Made by a program: the position numbers and the translations under genes | Part shown: one piece after another, positions 9,952-19,102 of the stretch | Layout of the letters: each line of letters starts with the position of its first letter | How positions within the stretch are numbered: the stretch's first letter is position 1 | Assembly (NCBI GenBank): GCA_963766935.1 | Contig: CAVYBY010000007.1 | Location: 3,911 to 67,910, forward strand | DNA: 64,000 bases | DNA from: an uncultured Actinomycetes bacterium | GTDB lineage: Bacteria > Actinomycetota > UBA4738 > HRBIN12 | Direction of reading: 5' to 3' | Notes under the pieces: model-generated | What the model saw: only the letters and a program-made list of their open reading frames with translations | Database searches by the model: none | Told to the model about the DNA's origin: nothing

Positions 9952-10866
9952 CTACGAGGCGGTGCCTTCCTCCTCGGAGACCCCGTCGGAGGAGACGGGG
10001 CGGGCGGCCCGGCCGTAGGACTCGACGAGCTGCCGCCGCCAGTCCTGGGTGCTCTTGACCTGGTTGAAGGTGTAGATGTGGAACCCGGCGATGCCGTAGC
10101 CGGGGTTGGCAACGAACGGCGCGACGTTGGCGACGAACGCGTCGGGCCGGTAGCCGCCCCGTTTCATCAGCCGGGCGACGAGACCGCCGTACTTGCTCAC
10201 GTACTTCACCGACGGGCCCACGCCGACCCGCAGGGACACCTCGATCAGCCGCCGCCGGTTGACCGCCCCCGCCATGCCGATCACGACCGGGAGCTCGATG
10301 CCCCGATCGCGGATCCGCGCGATCCAGGCGGCCACGACGCGAGGCTCGAAGCAGATCTGGGTGGCGACGTGCGAGGCGACCTGCGCCTTGTCGGCGAGCG
10401 CCTCGAGCAGGACTTCCTCGTCGATCAGCGGATGGCCCTCCGGATACCCGCCCACGCCGATCTCGGAGGGCCGCGGACCGGCGTCGGCGATCGCGGCCAG
10501 CAGCTCGCCCGCCGATGCATACGGCCCGAGCGGGTCGTGCCCGTCGCCGCCGATGACGAAGAGCCGGGAGATCCGGGCGGCGTCGAGGCGGCCGAGGATC
10601 TCCTGGAGGTGCTCGCGGCTGCGAACGGTCCGGGCGGACACGTGCGGCATGACCTCGTACCCGTCCATGTGGAGGCGTTCCGCGAGATCGAGCGTCGGAT
10701 CGGGGCCCCTGTGCGGCGAGCACGTGACGGTGACGACCGAGCCCTTCGGCAGCGCCTCGGTCACCTTGGACTCGATGCCGCCCATGGGGATGACTTCGAA
10801 CCGAGCCCGGGCCAGCAGCTCGCCCAGACCCGGCCGCATCGAGCCGAAACCGGCCTGCCTGCTCAC
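9952..10866 (-). CDS. metF: Methylenetetrahydrofolate reductase (MetF family)
   Basis: VTVTCSP, MPHVSARTV, LFVIGGD, GGYPEGHP, ATQICF, HIYTFNQ. Confidence 0.85.
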   Translation of the reverse strand: MSRQAGFGSMRPGLGELLARARFEVIPMGGIESKVTEALPKGSVVTVTCSPHRGPDPTLDLAERLHMDGYEVMPHVSARTVRSREHLQEILGRLDAARISRLFVIGGDGHDPLGPYASAGELLAAIADAGPRPSEIGVGGYPEGHPLIDEEVLLEALADKAQVASHVATQICFEPRVVAAWIARIRDRGIELPVVIGMAGAVNRRRLIEVSLRVGVGPSVKYVSKYGGLVARLMKRGGYRPDAFVANVAPFVANPGYGIAGFHIYTFNQVKSTQDWRRQLVESYGRAARPVSSDGVSEEEGTAS

Positions 10867-10890
10867 AGCTCTTGTCTCATGATTTTGGGC

Positions 10891-12066
10891 TCACGACTTC
10901 GGGATCTCCTTCTTCGGATCCCAGTGCGGCATCTCGACGACGGTGGCATCCACACGTCCGGACGCCGGGGTCTCCGTCTGCAACGCGGTCCCGAGCTCCG
11001 CGAACTCGATCGGCACCATCGCCAGGCCGATGTTCTTCTCCAGACGCGGCGAGTGGCAGGCGCTCGTCACGCGGCCGACCTGCCGGCCGTCGGCGAACAC
11101 CGGGAAGAAGTCGACCATCTCGTTGTCGATGTAGCTGCCGACCGGGTCGCCGCCGATGTCCACGCCCACCAGCTTCTGGGTCACGCCCTCGTCGCGGATG
11201 CGCCGGAGCGCTTCCTTGCCGACGAAGTCGGCCTCCTGATCGAGGTCGACCATCCACGTGTAGTGGTACCCGACCTCGTAGGGGTTGTTCTCGTACCACA
11301 TGTCCGCTCCGAAGGCGAGAATGCCACCCTCGATGCGCCGGATGTGACACGGCCCGATGACGCGCAGGTCGACCGGTTTGCCGGCCTCGAGAACGGTGTC
11401 CCACAACTTCTGCCCGTTCTGGCTCGCGTCGTGCAGGTAGATCTCGTATCCGACCTCCCCCGTGTAGCCGGTGCGCGAGATGACGACGTCCATCCCCTCC
11501 AGCGTCGTCTGCATGAGGCCGTAATACGGCACGTCGAGAATCTTCTCGCCGAACAGGTTCGTCAGCACCTGCTTCGCGTTCGGTCCCTGGATCTGCAACG
11601 GCGCGACGTCGATCTCCTTCACCGTCACGTCCATGCCCTTCGCGTGCGCGATGCCCAGCGCGTACAGATTCACGTCGCTGTCGGCGAGCGAGAGCCAGAA
11701 CTCGTCCTCGGCCACGCGCAGGAGAACCGGGTCGTTGAGGATGCCGCCGTCGGGCGCGGTGATGAACACGTACTTCGCCTGGTCGACGGCGCACTTGTGC
11801 AGGTCGCGCGGCACGATCATGTTCGTCAGGTCGAACGCGTCGGGCCCCTTGATCTGGATCTGCTTTTCCACTCCCACGTCCCAGAGCGTCACGTTGTTCA
11901 CGAGCGACCAGTACTCGCTCACCGGGTCCCCGTAGTGACGCGGGTGGTAGGTGTGGTTGTAGACGCTGTAGCGGTGCACGCCGTGCTGGCGCGAGGCGTA
12001 GAAGTAGGGCGACTTGCGGATCCGCGTGTACAGCAGGATCCCGGGGTTCTCGATCACCTCAGGCAC
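10891..12066 (-). CDS. GcvT-family THF-dependent demethylase, DmdA-like
   Basis: RIRKSPY...YSVYNH, LWDVGVEKQIQIKGPDA, GGILNDPV (NDP as in DmdA, not the DD of GcvT), WLSLADSD, SRTGYTGEVGYE, RRIEGGIL. Confidence 0.85.
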   Translation of the reverse strand: MPEVIENPGILLYTRIRKSPYFYASRQHGVHRYSVYNHTYHPRHYGDPVSEYWSLVNNVTLWDVGVEKQIQIKGPDAFDLTNMIVPRDLHKCAVDQAKYVFITAPDGGILNDPVLLRVAEDEFWLSLADSDVNLYALGIAHAKGMDVTVKEIDVAPLQIQGPNAKQVLTNLFGEKILDVPYYGLMQTTLEGMDVVISRTGYTGEVGYEIYLHDASQNGQKLWDTVLEAGKPVDLRVIGPCHIRRIEGGILAFGADMWYENNPYEVGYHYTWMVDLDQEADFVGKEALRRIRDEGVTQKLVGVDIGGDPVGSYIDNEMVDFFPVFADGRQVGRVTSACHSPRLEKNIGLAMVPIEFAELGTALQTETPASGRVDATVVEMPHWDPKKEIPKS

Positions 12067-12100
12067 GGGACAGGCTCCTTTCTCCGTGGCCGGGGGCTGC

Positions 12101-12117
12101 GTTGCTCAAGGCGCAAC
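12101..12117. promoter_or_regulatory. Putative operator GTTGC-N7-GCAAC (copy 2), upstream of the dmdA-like gene
   Basis: Perfect inverted arms GTTGCTCAAGGCGCAAC, between the promoter and the start codon. Confidence 0.72.
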
Positions 12118-12139
12118 AACAGTGGGCTCTCCGCAACCG

Positions 12140-12169
12140 ACGCTATGACCGGCGGCGATGCCCTGTCAA
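12140..12169 (-). promoter_or_regulatory. Sigma-70-type promoter (TTGACA-N18-TAGCGT) for dmdA-like/metF/dmg
   Basis: The minus strand reads TTGACAgggcatcgccgccggtcaTAGCGT followed by GTTGCGGAGAG, the same layout as the iclR promoter. Confidence 0.68.
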
Positions 12170-12189
12170 GACGGACGGCGGACGCCCGG

Positions 12190-13185
12190 TCAGCCCGAGG
12201 TGTGCTGGTAGGCGACCAGATCGCCGCCGCGCAGAGCGACGATCCATCCCTCGAGCGTTCCCTGCACGTACTCGCTGCCGGGGTTGAAGCACTGGGTCCG
12301 GCGGATCCGGAAGCGGCCGGCCGACTCGTGGATGTGGCCGTGCAATGAGACGGCCGGCTGATAGGCCGTCACGGCCTCGCGGACCGCGACGCTTCCACCC
12401 CCCGTGGTCACGAACCGGCCGGCTTCCCTCACCGGGACCGGGAACCCGCCCGGTTCCTTCGGAGGACCGAGCTTGAGGCAGGTGTCGATGGGGGTGTTCT
12501 TCGGCGGGCAGTGGAAGTTGAAGACGCACCGGCCGACATCGGGGACGCGGGCCACCTCGCGCCGGATCGCTTCCGCGATCTCGCCCTCGCTCGCCTCCCG
12601 CGGGGTGTCCCAGGGCGTGAAGGTGGAGAGACCGACCGTGATCATCGTGTGCTGGTCGTCCAGCTCGACGAGGCGGCCCTCACAGCCGACGACCCGGTCG
12701 CCGTGGTGCCGGTCCAGCGTCTCGAGCACCGACGGCTCGTCGTCGTTCCCGCCGGTCAGGAACATCCGAGCGGGGGTTCCGGCGAGGGTCTCCTCGGCCA
12801 GCTGGATCCACTCGGCGAGGCGCGCGCTGGCGGTCTCGTGGAAGAGGCCCTTGACGGCGAGTGCGTCCGATCTCAGCTCCGCGTACCTGTCCGGTTCCAC
12901 GACGACCCAGTAGAAGCCGGTCCGCTCGATGCTCGCGCGAAACGCCAGGAGCTCGTCCTCGCCTTCGAGGGAGTGCTCCGTGCCCTGGAAGTGAGCGCGA
13001 TAGCCGCCGCTCTTCCTGACGATCGGCACGAGCGCCTTGCCCATCAGGTCCCCACCGAACACCAGCGCGTCGACGCCGTAGAACTTCGCCGCGTTCAGGA
13101 ACTTCCGAAACGCGACCTGCGAACCGTGGATGTCGGCGGCAAAGAAGATGCGGGTTGGCCGAGGTCGCCGACGCCCGAGCGGCAT
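12190..13185 (-). CDS. Icc-related calcineurin-like metallophosphoesterase, paralog 1
   Basis: AADIHGS, GGDLMGK, GGNDDE, FHCPP, HGHIHES, NPGSEY. ATG at 13185. Confidence 0.85.
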   Translation of the reverse strand: MPLGRRRPRPTRIFFAADIHGSQVAFRKFLNAAKFYGVDALVFGGDLMGKALVPIVRKSGGYRAHFQGTEHSLEGEDELLAFRASIERTGFYWVVVEPDRYAELRSDALAVKGLFHETASARLAEWIQLAEETLAGTPARMFLTGGNDDEPSVLETLDRHHGDRVVGCEGRLVELDDQHTMITVGLSTFTPWDTPREASEGEIAEAIRREVARVPDVGRCVFNFHCPPKNTPIDTCLKLGPPKEPGGFPVPVREAGRFVTTGGGSVAVREAVTAYQPAVSLHGHIHESAGRFRIRRTQCFNPGSEYVQGTLEGWIVALRGGDLVAYQHTSG

Positions 13186-13189
13186 GGCC

Positions 13190-14644
13190 TCACCCCAGGT
13201 CGATGACGATCGTCTTGAGCTCGGTGAGCCGCTCCATCGAGAAGCGGCCGCCGACGCGGCCGACGCCGCTTTGCGATCCGGACGCGCCGCCAAAGGGAAG
13301 GTGGGACTCCCAGTAGTTCGTTCCCTCGTTCACGTTGACCCAGCCGGTCCGGACCGCCTCGGCATACCGAAGGCCGCGCCGGAGATCGCGCGTGAACACG
13401 GCCGAAAGCAGCCCGTAGGACGAACGATTGACGAGCTCGATCGCCTCCTGCTCGGACCGGATCGTCGTGATCGGGGCGACCGGCCCGAACGTCTCCTCGC
13501 GCGCGATCTCCATGTCCTCGGTGACCCCGTCGAGCACCGTCGCCTCGAAGAAGAGGTCGCTGCCGTGTTCGGCCGCGCGGTGGCCGCCCGACACGAGCGT
13601 GGCGCCGGCGCCGACGGCCTGCTCGACGTGACGCTGGCTCTTGGCAGCCGTCGGCTCGTTGTTGAGCGGGCCCATCGTGGTGGCCGCATCGAACGGATCG
13701 CCGAGGCGAATCTGCTCGACGGCGGCCGTCAGGGCGGCCAGATAGTCGTCCTTCACGTCCTCGTGCACCAGGATCCGCTCCCCGGCGGTGCAGCTCTGGC
13801 CGGCGTTGAGGAAGCAGGCGACGAGGGTGGCTCCGACGGCGGCGTCCAGGTCGGCGTCCTCGAGCACGACGAGCGGCCCGTTGCCGCCCATCTCGAGCAG
13901 CAGCTCCTTTCCCGCCGCCCGCGCGGCAACCGCGTGGCCGGTGGCGATCGAGCCGATGAACCCGATCGCCTGCGTGCCCGGGTTCGCGGCGATCTCGTCG
14001 CCGACGACCGGGCCGTGACCGGTCACGAGGTTCACGACGCCGGCAGGAAGATCCGCCGCCTCGAGGCACTCGGCGAAGCGGACGGCGCAGACCGCGGTCG
14101 TCGGCGCGGGGACCCACACCACCGCGTTTCCGTATGCGATCGCCGGCGCGAGGATCTCGCCCGGCATTGTGTACGGCCAGTTCCACGGGCTGATGATCGA
14201 GACGATGCCGCGGGGGACGCGCTGCAGCAGCACCCGCTTGTTCGCGTCGATGGACGGCGGAAGGAGTCCCTCCATGCGGGTCGCATCGGCGGCGGCCATG
14301 TCGAAGTAGGCGATCAGCTCCTGGACCTCGTCGCGAGCCTCCGCTTCGAGCGGCTTGCCCTGGTCGAGTGCGAGCGTCGCCGCCAGGTCCTCGCGGCGCG
14401 CGTCGATCGCCTCGGCGATCCGGCGCATCGCGGCGGCCCGGTCGAACGCCGAGCGACTCGCCCAGCCCGGCTGGGCGTCGGCGGCGGCGGCGATCGCCCG
14501 GTGCGCGTCCGCCCGGGAGCCCTGGGCGACGGTCCCGATGACCGCGCCGGTCGAGGGCGAGAACGCCTCGAACGTGGCGCCGTCTTCCGCCGGCACCCAC
14601 GCCCCACCGATCCACAGCCGATGCTCGTCCGCCACGTCGCTCAC
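13190..14644 (-). CDS. NAD(P)-dependent aldehyde dehydrogenase
   Basis: SPWNWP, FIGSIATG, LEMGGNGP (catalytic Glu), NAGQSCTA (catalytic Cys), EETFGPV, PFGGASGSQSG. GTG start at 14644. Confidence 0.93.
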   Translation of the reverse strand: MSDVADEHRLWIGGAWVPAEDGATFEAFSPSTGAVIGTVAQGSRADAHRAIAAAADAQPGWASRSAFDRAAAMRRIAEAIDARREDLAATLALDQGKPLEAEARDEVQELIAYFDMAAADATRMEGLLPPSIDANKRVLLQRVPRGIVSIISPWNWPYTMPGEILAPAIAYGNAVVWVPAPTTAVCAVRFAECLEAADLPAGVVNLVTGHGPVVGDEIAANPGTQAIGFIGSIATGHAVAARAAGKELLLEMGGNGPLVVLEDADLDAAVGATLVACFLNAGQSCTAGERILVHEDVKDDYLAALTAAVEQIRLGDPFDAATTMGPLNNEPTAAKSQRHVEQAVGAGATLVSGGHRAAEHGSDLFFEATVLDGVTEDMEIAREETFGPVAPITTIRSEQEAIELVNRSSYGLLSAVFTRDLRRGLRYAEAVRTGWVNVNEGTNYWESHLPFGGASGSQSGVGRVGGRFSMERLTELKTIVIDLG

Positions 14645-14663
14645 CTTAGGCCGAAACGGCCGA

Positions 14664-14685
14664 GGGGCGGCCCGGAGGCCGCCCC
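14664..14685 (-). terminator. Intra-operon GC stem-loop after the APC permease gene (terminator or mRNA stabiliser)
   Basis: GGGGCGGCC-cgga-GGCCGCCCC, a perfect 9-bp stem. There is no U-tract. Confidence 0.5.
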
Positions 14686-14712
14686 GTCGAACCCGTCGCG
14701 CCGAACCGCGTG

Positions 14713-16326
14713 TTACTCGACCGGGATCTCCTGATAGATGGCTTTCAGGTCGATCCCCTGGCTCTTGCGGTAGATCTTCGCGACCACATAGACGACCACC
14801 GCCAGCAGGTACATCGAGCCCATGAACCACAGCGACGTGGAGTTGTTGACGTAGTACACGTCGTTGGTGAACCACTCGTACAGGTTGAAGCCCAGGAACA
14901 GGGCGCTGATGGTCCCCGTCACCGTGATCAACGGGATCCCGGCGATCTTGTATCGCGCGATCGCGGAGTTCTCGTACAGGTGCTTCTTCCGCCACGGCAG
15001 GATGATCGCCGCGATGGACGTCCCGAAGAACGTCACCGCGATCACGAGCGTCGCATCCAGGATGTACGTGGCGAAGTTGTCCGTGTAGGCGTAGAGCAAA
15101 CCGACGATGAGCGACGGCACCAGCATCAGGATCAGCGCCCAGACCGGGACGTGGCGCTTCTCGGTCACGTCGGCCACCTTCTCCGGCAGGATCCGGTCGA
15201 ACGCCGCGGCGAAGATGACCCGCGTCGACGACAGGAACAGCGTGCCGGCCCACCCGAGGAACCAGGCGCCGAACATCAGCACGAGGATCGCCTGGACCAA
15301 CGCGTTGTGGAAGAAGAAGCTCACGAGGAGCGGCGGATACGACCAGACCGGGACCGTGCCGGTGCCGTTCCAGTAGTCGAGGTTGGCCGCGTTGAAGAAG
15401 TCCCAGCCGAAGAACTTGGACGAGAGCAGCAGGAAGGCGACCGCGACGGCGATCGTGACCCACAGGCCCCACATCATGCCGCTCATGACGCGCTTGAAGT
15501 CGCTCGCGCCGCGGACCTCGCCGTAGAGCGTGGCGCCCCAGTTCGGCCAGAGGATCCAGAAGCACAGGAACGGGATCAGCAGGAGCGAGTCCCCGAGGAA
15601 CGGCGAGAACCCGAGCTTTGCCGGCAACGCTCCGCCGGCCCCGTCGATGATGCCCTGATAGGCGTTGTCGACGCCGAACAGCTTCGAGGACTCCGTGTTG
15701 AAGGCGCTCTCGAAGCCGCTGCGCGACCCGAACAGCATCACGAGGAAGACGATGCCGAGCGCGATCATCCCGACGTAGAAGCAGTACTTCTGGATCTTCG
15801 CGTACCCCTCCATGCCGAGCGAGACGAGCGCGCCGGCCAGAACGACGACCAGGACGATCACCGTGAACAGGCCGATGTCCTTGCCGAGGAAGTCGAGCGC
15901 GCCCTGCCACTTGAGGATGGCGGCGAGAGGCTGCAGCACCTCGACGTTGAAGATGCCGCCGTAGACGGGCGCCCAGTACCACAGGATGAACCACCACCCG
16001 GTGACGGCCAGGACGAACCCGATCCCGCCGCCCAGGATGCGGCTCTGCCAGACGTAGTCGCCTCCGGCGCGCGGCATCACGGAGATGAGACCGGCGTAGG
16101 TGACGACGAGGAAGGACACGAACACGCCGGAGATCAGCAGCGCGGGAAGGACCTGCCCGGTCGTGACGAAGCCGAGCACCGACAGGGCATAGAACAGCCC
16201 GAGCGTCACGAAGTTGATCGACATGAACGAGTAGAGGAACGAGTCGAACTTCGACCAGCCCTTGACCAAGCCGGTCGCCTTGCGCAGGAACAACGTGGGA
16301 GCCTCGCCTACCGCTGCCATCTGCAC
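14713..16326 (-). CDS. APC superfamily amino acid/amine permease
   Basis: FLRKATGLVK at the N-terminus, MPRAGGDYVWQSR, YGEVRGA, RVIFAAAFDRILP, AIYQEIPVE at the C-terminus. About 12 hydrophobic helices. Confidence 0.9.
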   Translation of the reverse strand: MQMAAVGEAPTLFLRKATGLVKGWSKFDSFLYSFMSINFVTLGLFYALSVLGFVTTGQVLPALLISGVFVSFLVVTYAGLISVMPRAGGDYVWQSRILGGGIGFVLAVTGWWFILWYWAPVYGGIFNVEVLQPLAAILKWQGALDFLGKDIGLFTVIVLVVVLAGALVSLGMEGYAKIQKYCFYVGMIALGIVFLVMLFGSRSGFESAFNTESSKLFGVDNAYQGIIDGAGGALPAKLGFSPFLGDSLLLIPFLCFWILWPNWGATLYGEVRGASDFKRVMSGMMWGLWVTIAVAVAFLLLSSKFFGWDFFNAANLDYWNGTGTVPVWSYPPLLVSFFFHNALVQAILVLMFGAWFLGWAGTLFLSSTRVIFAAAFDRILPEKVADVTEKRHVPVWALILMLVPSLIVGLLYAYTDNFATYILDATLVIAVTFFGTSIAAIILPWRKKHLYENSAIARYKIAGIPLITVTGTISALFLGFNLYEWFTNDVYYVNNSTSLWFMGSMYLLAVVVYVVAKIYRKSQGIDLKAIYQEIPVE

Positions 16327-16348
16327 CCCCTCCCGGGTCGGAACGGCC

Positions 16349-17296
16349 TCAGCCGTTCACCAGTTGGTAGTTCTTGATCTTCCCCTTCTTCGGATCGATG
16401 TTCACGATCGCGGCTTGCAGGATGCCCTCTTCGTAGGAGCTGCCGGGGTTGAGCGCGAGGGTCGTCCCGATCCGCGCGGCCCCCTTGCTCTCGTGGATGT
16501 GCCCGTGCAGCGACAACACCGGCTGGAACCGCTGGACGGCTTCCAACACCGACGTCGATCCGACCGGGCCGAGCGCCTGCCCGCCCGACTTGTACGTCAG
16601 GTCGTCGTTGAGCGCCGGCGCGTTGTCGAGCTTCGAGCCGTACGGCGGCGCGTGGAAGTTGAGGATCGTGGTCGCCGGATCGGACGCGTGCTCGAGCGCG
16701 TGCTCGATCCGGGTCGCGATCTCCGGCTCTTCCGCCTCACGGAACGTGTGCCAGGGCGTCGGATTGGTCCAGCCCATCGAGATCATCGTGTAGCCGCCGA
16801 GATCGATCGGGTGGTCCTCGTCGCCGGTCTCAACGACGTTCGCGTGCGTTAGCAGGTCGTCGATCTCGAACATGTCGTCGTTTGCGGGGCAGGCGATCAC
16901 GCGAATCCCGGTGCCGGCCAGCTTGTCCTCGGCCATCGCGATCCACCGCTCGGTCCCCTCGAGCATGACTTCCTTGAAACGCTTGTCGACGAGGTCGGCG
17001 TCCTCCTGCATGGCGCGGTACTCCTCCTCGGAGACCCGGATCGGGTAGTAGCCGCGGTTCATGACGCGTTTTTCGAACTCCGTGATCTCTTCTGAGGTCT
17101 CGAGCGTCTCGCGGAAGTCCTGCAGGGAGGCCTCCCAGGTGCCGTCGGCCCTCTGCACGATGGGCACCATGGCCTTGCCGGTCACGTCGCCGCCCAGGAT
17201 GACCGCGTCTGCCTTGTAGAAGGCCCCCGCGTTGAGGAACTTCCTCCAGCAGATCTCGGACCCGTGCAGGTCCGTCACGAAGAAGAGTTTCAGCAC
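16349..17296 (-). CDS. Icc-related calcineurin-like metallophosphoesterase, paralog 2
   Basis: VTDLHGS, GGDVTGK, PANDD, FHAPP, HGHIHES, NPGSSY. GTG start at 17296. Confidence 0.85.
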   Translation of the reverse strand: MLKLFFVTDLHGSEICWRKFLNAGAFYKADAVILGGDVTGKAMVPIVQRADGTWEASLQDFRETLETSEEITEFEKRVMNRGYYPIRVSEEEYRAMQEDADLVDKRFKEVMLEGTERWIAMAEDKLAGTGIRVIACPANDDMFEIDDLLTHANVVETGDEDHPIDLGGYTMISMGWTNPTPWHTFREAEEPEIATRIEHALEHASDPATTILNFHAPPYGSKLDNAPALNDDLTYKSGGQALGPVGSTSVLEAVQRFQPVLSLHGHIHESKGAARIGTTLALNPGSSYEEGILQAAIVNIDPKKGKIKNYQLVNG

Positions 17297-17352
17297 TCCA
17301 TCCCCACTCGAGGAGCGATGATCGCCCTCACGCCACACGCGCGCAAGGAACG

Positions 17353-17369
17353 GTTGCAGGATCCGCAAC
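17353..17369. promoter_or_regulatory. Putative operator GTTGC-N7-GCAAC (copy 3), between phosphoesterase 2 and betA
   Basis: Perfect inverted arms GTTGCAGGATCCGCAAC in the divergent intergenic region. Confidence 0.72.
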
Positions 17370-17433
17370 ACCGATGCGGCAGTAGCGCCGGGGACGCTCC
17401 CCACGGCGGCCCGCGGTGGTGCAGACTCCGGGC

Positions 17434-19083
17434 GTGAGCGATTCCTACGACGTCGTGATCGTCGGCGGAGGCTCCGCCGGAAGCGTCCTGGCCAACCGAC
17501 TCTCCGCCGACCCGTCGACCACGGTCCTCGTGCTCGAGGCGGGGCGCCCGGACCGGTTGTGGGACGTCTTCATCCACATGCCCGCCGCGCTGACGTTCCC
17601 GATCGGCAGCCGGTTCTACGACTGGAAGTACGAATCCGAGCCCGAGCCGAACATGGGCGGCCGCCGGATCTACCACGCCCGGGGCAAGGTCCTCGGCGGA
17701 TCGAGCAGCATCAACGGGATGATCTTCCAGAGAGGCAATCCGCTCGACTACGAGCGGTGGGCGTCGGCGCCGGGTATGCAGACGTGGGACTACGCCCACT
17801 GCCTGCCGTACTTCAAACGCATGGAGACCTGTCTGGCGGCCGCGCTCGACGATCCGTTCCGCGGCCACTCGGGCCCGCTCGTCCTCGAGCGTGGTCCGGC
17901 GACGAGCCCGTTGTTCGGCGCGTTCTTCGAAGCCGTACAGCAGGCCGGCTTCCGCCTGACCGACGACGTCAACGGCTACCGGCAGGAGGGGTTCGCGCCC
18001 TTCGACCGCAACATCCACCGGGGGCGGCGCCTCTCGGCCGCCCGGGCGTACCTGCACCCCGTCCAATCCCGCCCGAACCTTCACGTGAAGACGCGCGCGT
18101 TCGTCGGCAAGATTCTCTTCCGCGGCAACCGTGCGACGGGCGTCGAGTTCACCCACGGCGGCTCGGAGCACCGGGTCGAGGCCGGCGAGGTCATCCTGTG
18201 CGGCGGAGCGATCAACTCACCCCAGCTGCTTCAGCTCTCGGGCATCGGGAAGGCAGCCGATCTCGAAGCGCTCGGGATCGACGTGGTCGAGAATCTGCCG
18301 GGCGTGGGGGCCAACCTCCAGGACCATCTCGAGGTCTACGTCCAGTACGCGAGCACGCAGCCGGTGTCGGTCGCGCCGTACCTCAAGTGGCGGTACCGGC
18401 CGTGGGTCGGCTTCCGCTGGCTGTTCTTCCGGTCGGGACCGGGCGCGACGAACCACTTCGAGGGCGGCGGGTTCGCGCGCAGCAACGACGAGGTCGCGTA
18501 TCCGAACCTGATGTTCCACTTCCTTCCGATCGCCATCCGCTACGACGGCTCCGCGCCGGCCGGCGACCACGGCTACCAGGTCCACATCGGTCCGATGAAC
18601 TCCGACGCCCGTGGCAGCGTCAAGACCGTCAGCACCGACCCGCACGTGCACCCGGAGCTTCGCTTCAACTACCTCTCGACCGATCAGGATCTTCGCGAGT
18701 GGGTCGAGGCCATCCGGACCGCACGGCTGATCCTCGGTCAGCCGGCATTCGAGCCGTTCAACGGCGGCGAGCTGTCTCCGGGAACCGAGGTCGAAACCGA
18801 CGAGCAGATCCTCGACTGGGTCCGCGCCCAGGGCGAGACGGCGCTGCACCCGTCGTGCACGTGCGCGATGGGGACGGGCCCGGATGCCGTGACCGACCCC
18901 ACCAGCCTTCGCGTGCTCGGCACCGAGGGCCTGCGCGTCGTCGACGCGTCCGCGATGCCGCTGATCACCAACGGCAACATCTACGCGCCGGTGATGATGC
19001 TTGCGGAGAAGGCGGCCGATCTCATCGCCGGCACGACGCCGCTTCCCGTCGAGCCGATCGAGTTCTACCGCCACACCGGCTGA
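17434..19083 (+). CDS. betA: Choline dehydrogenase (GMC oxidoreductase)
   Basis: [81 protein letters not shown]. Confidence 0.9.
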   Translation: MSDSYDVVIVGGGSAGSVLANRLSADPSTTVLVLEAGRPDRLWDVFIHMPAALTFPIGSRFYDWKYESEPEPNMGGRRIYHARGKVLGGSSSINGMIFQRGNPLDYERWASAPGMQTWDYAHCLPYFKRMETCLAAALDDPFRGHSGPLVLERGPATSPLFGAFFEAVQQAGFRLTDDVNGYRQEGFAPFDRNIHRGRRLSAARAYLHPVQSRPNLHVKTRAFVGKILFRGNRATGVEFTHGGSEHRVEAGEVILCGGAINSPQLLQLSGIGKAADLEALGIDVVENLPGVGANLQDHLEVYVQYASTQPVSVAPYLKWRYRPWVGFRWLFFRSGPGATNHFEGGGFARSNDEVAYPNLMFHFLPIAIRYDGSAPAGDHGYQVHIGPMNSDARGSVKTVSTDPHVHPELRFNYLSTDQDLREWVEAIRTARLILGQPAFEPFNGGELSPGTEVETDEQILDWVRAQGETALHPSCTCAMGTGPDAVTDPTSLRVLGTEGLRVVDASAMPLITNGNIYAPVMMLAEKAADLIAGTTPLPVEPIEFYRHTG

Positions 19084-19102
19084 CGCGGCCGCGGTCGTCG
19101 GC

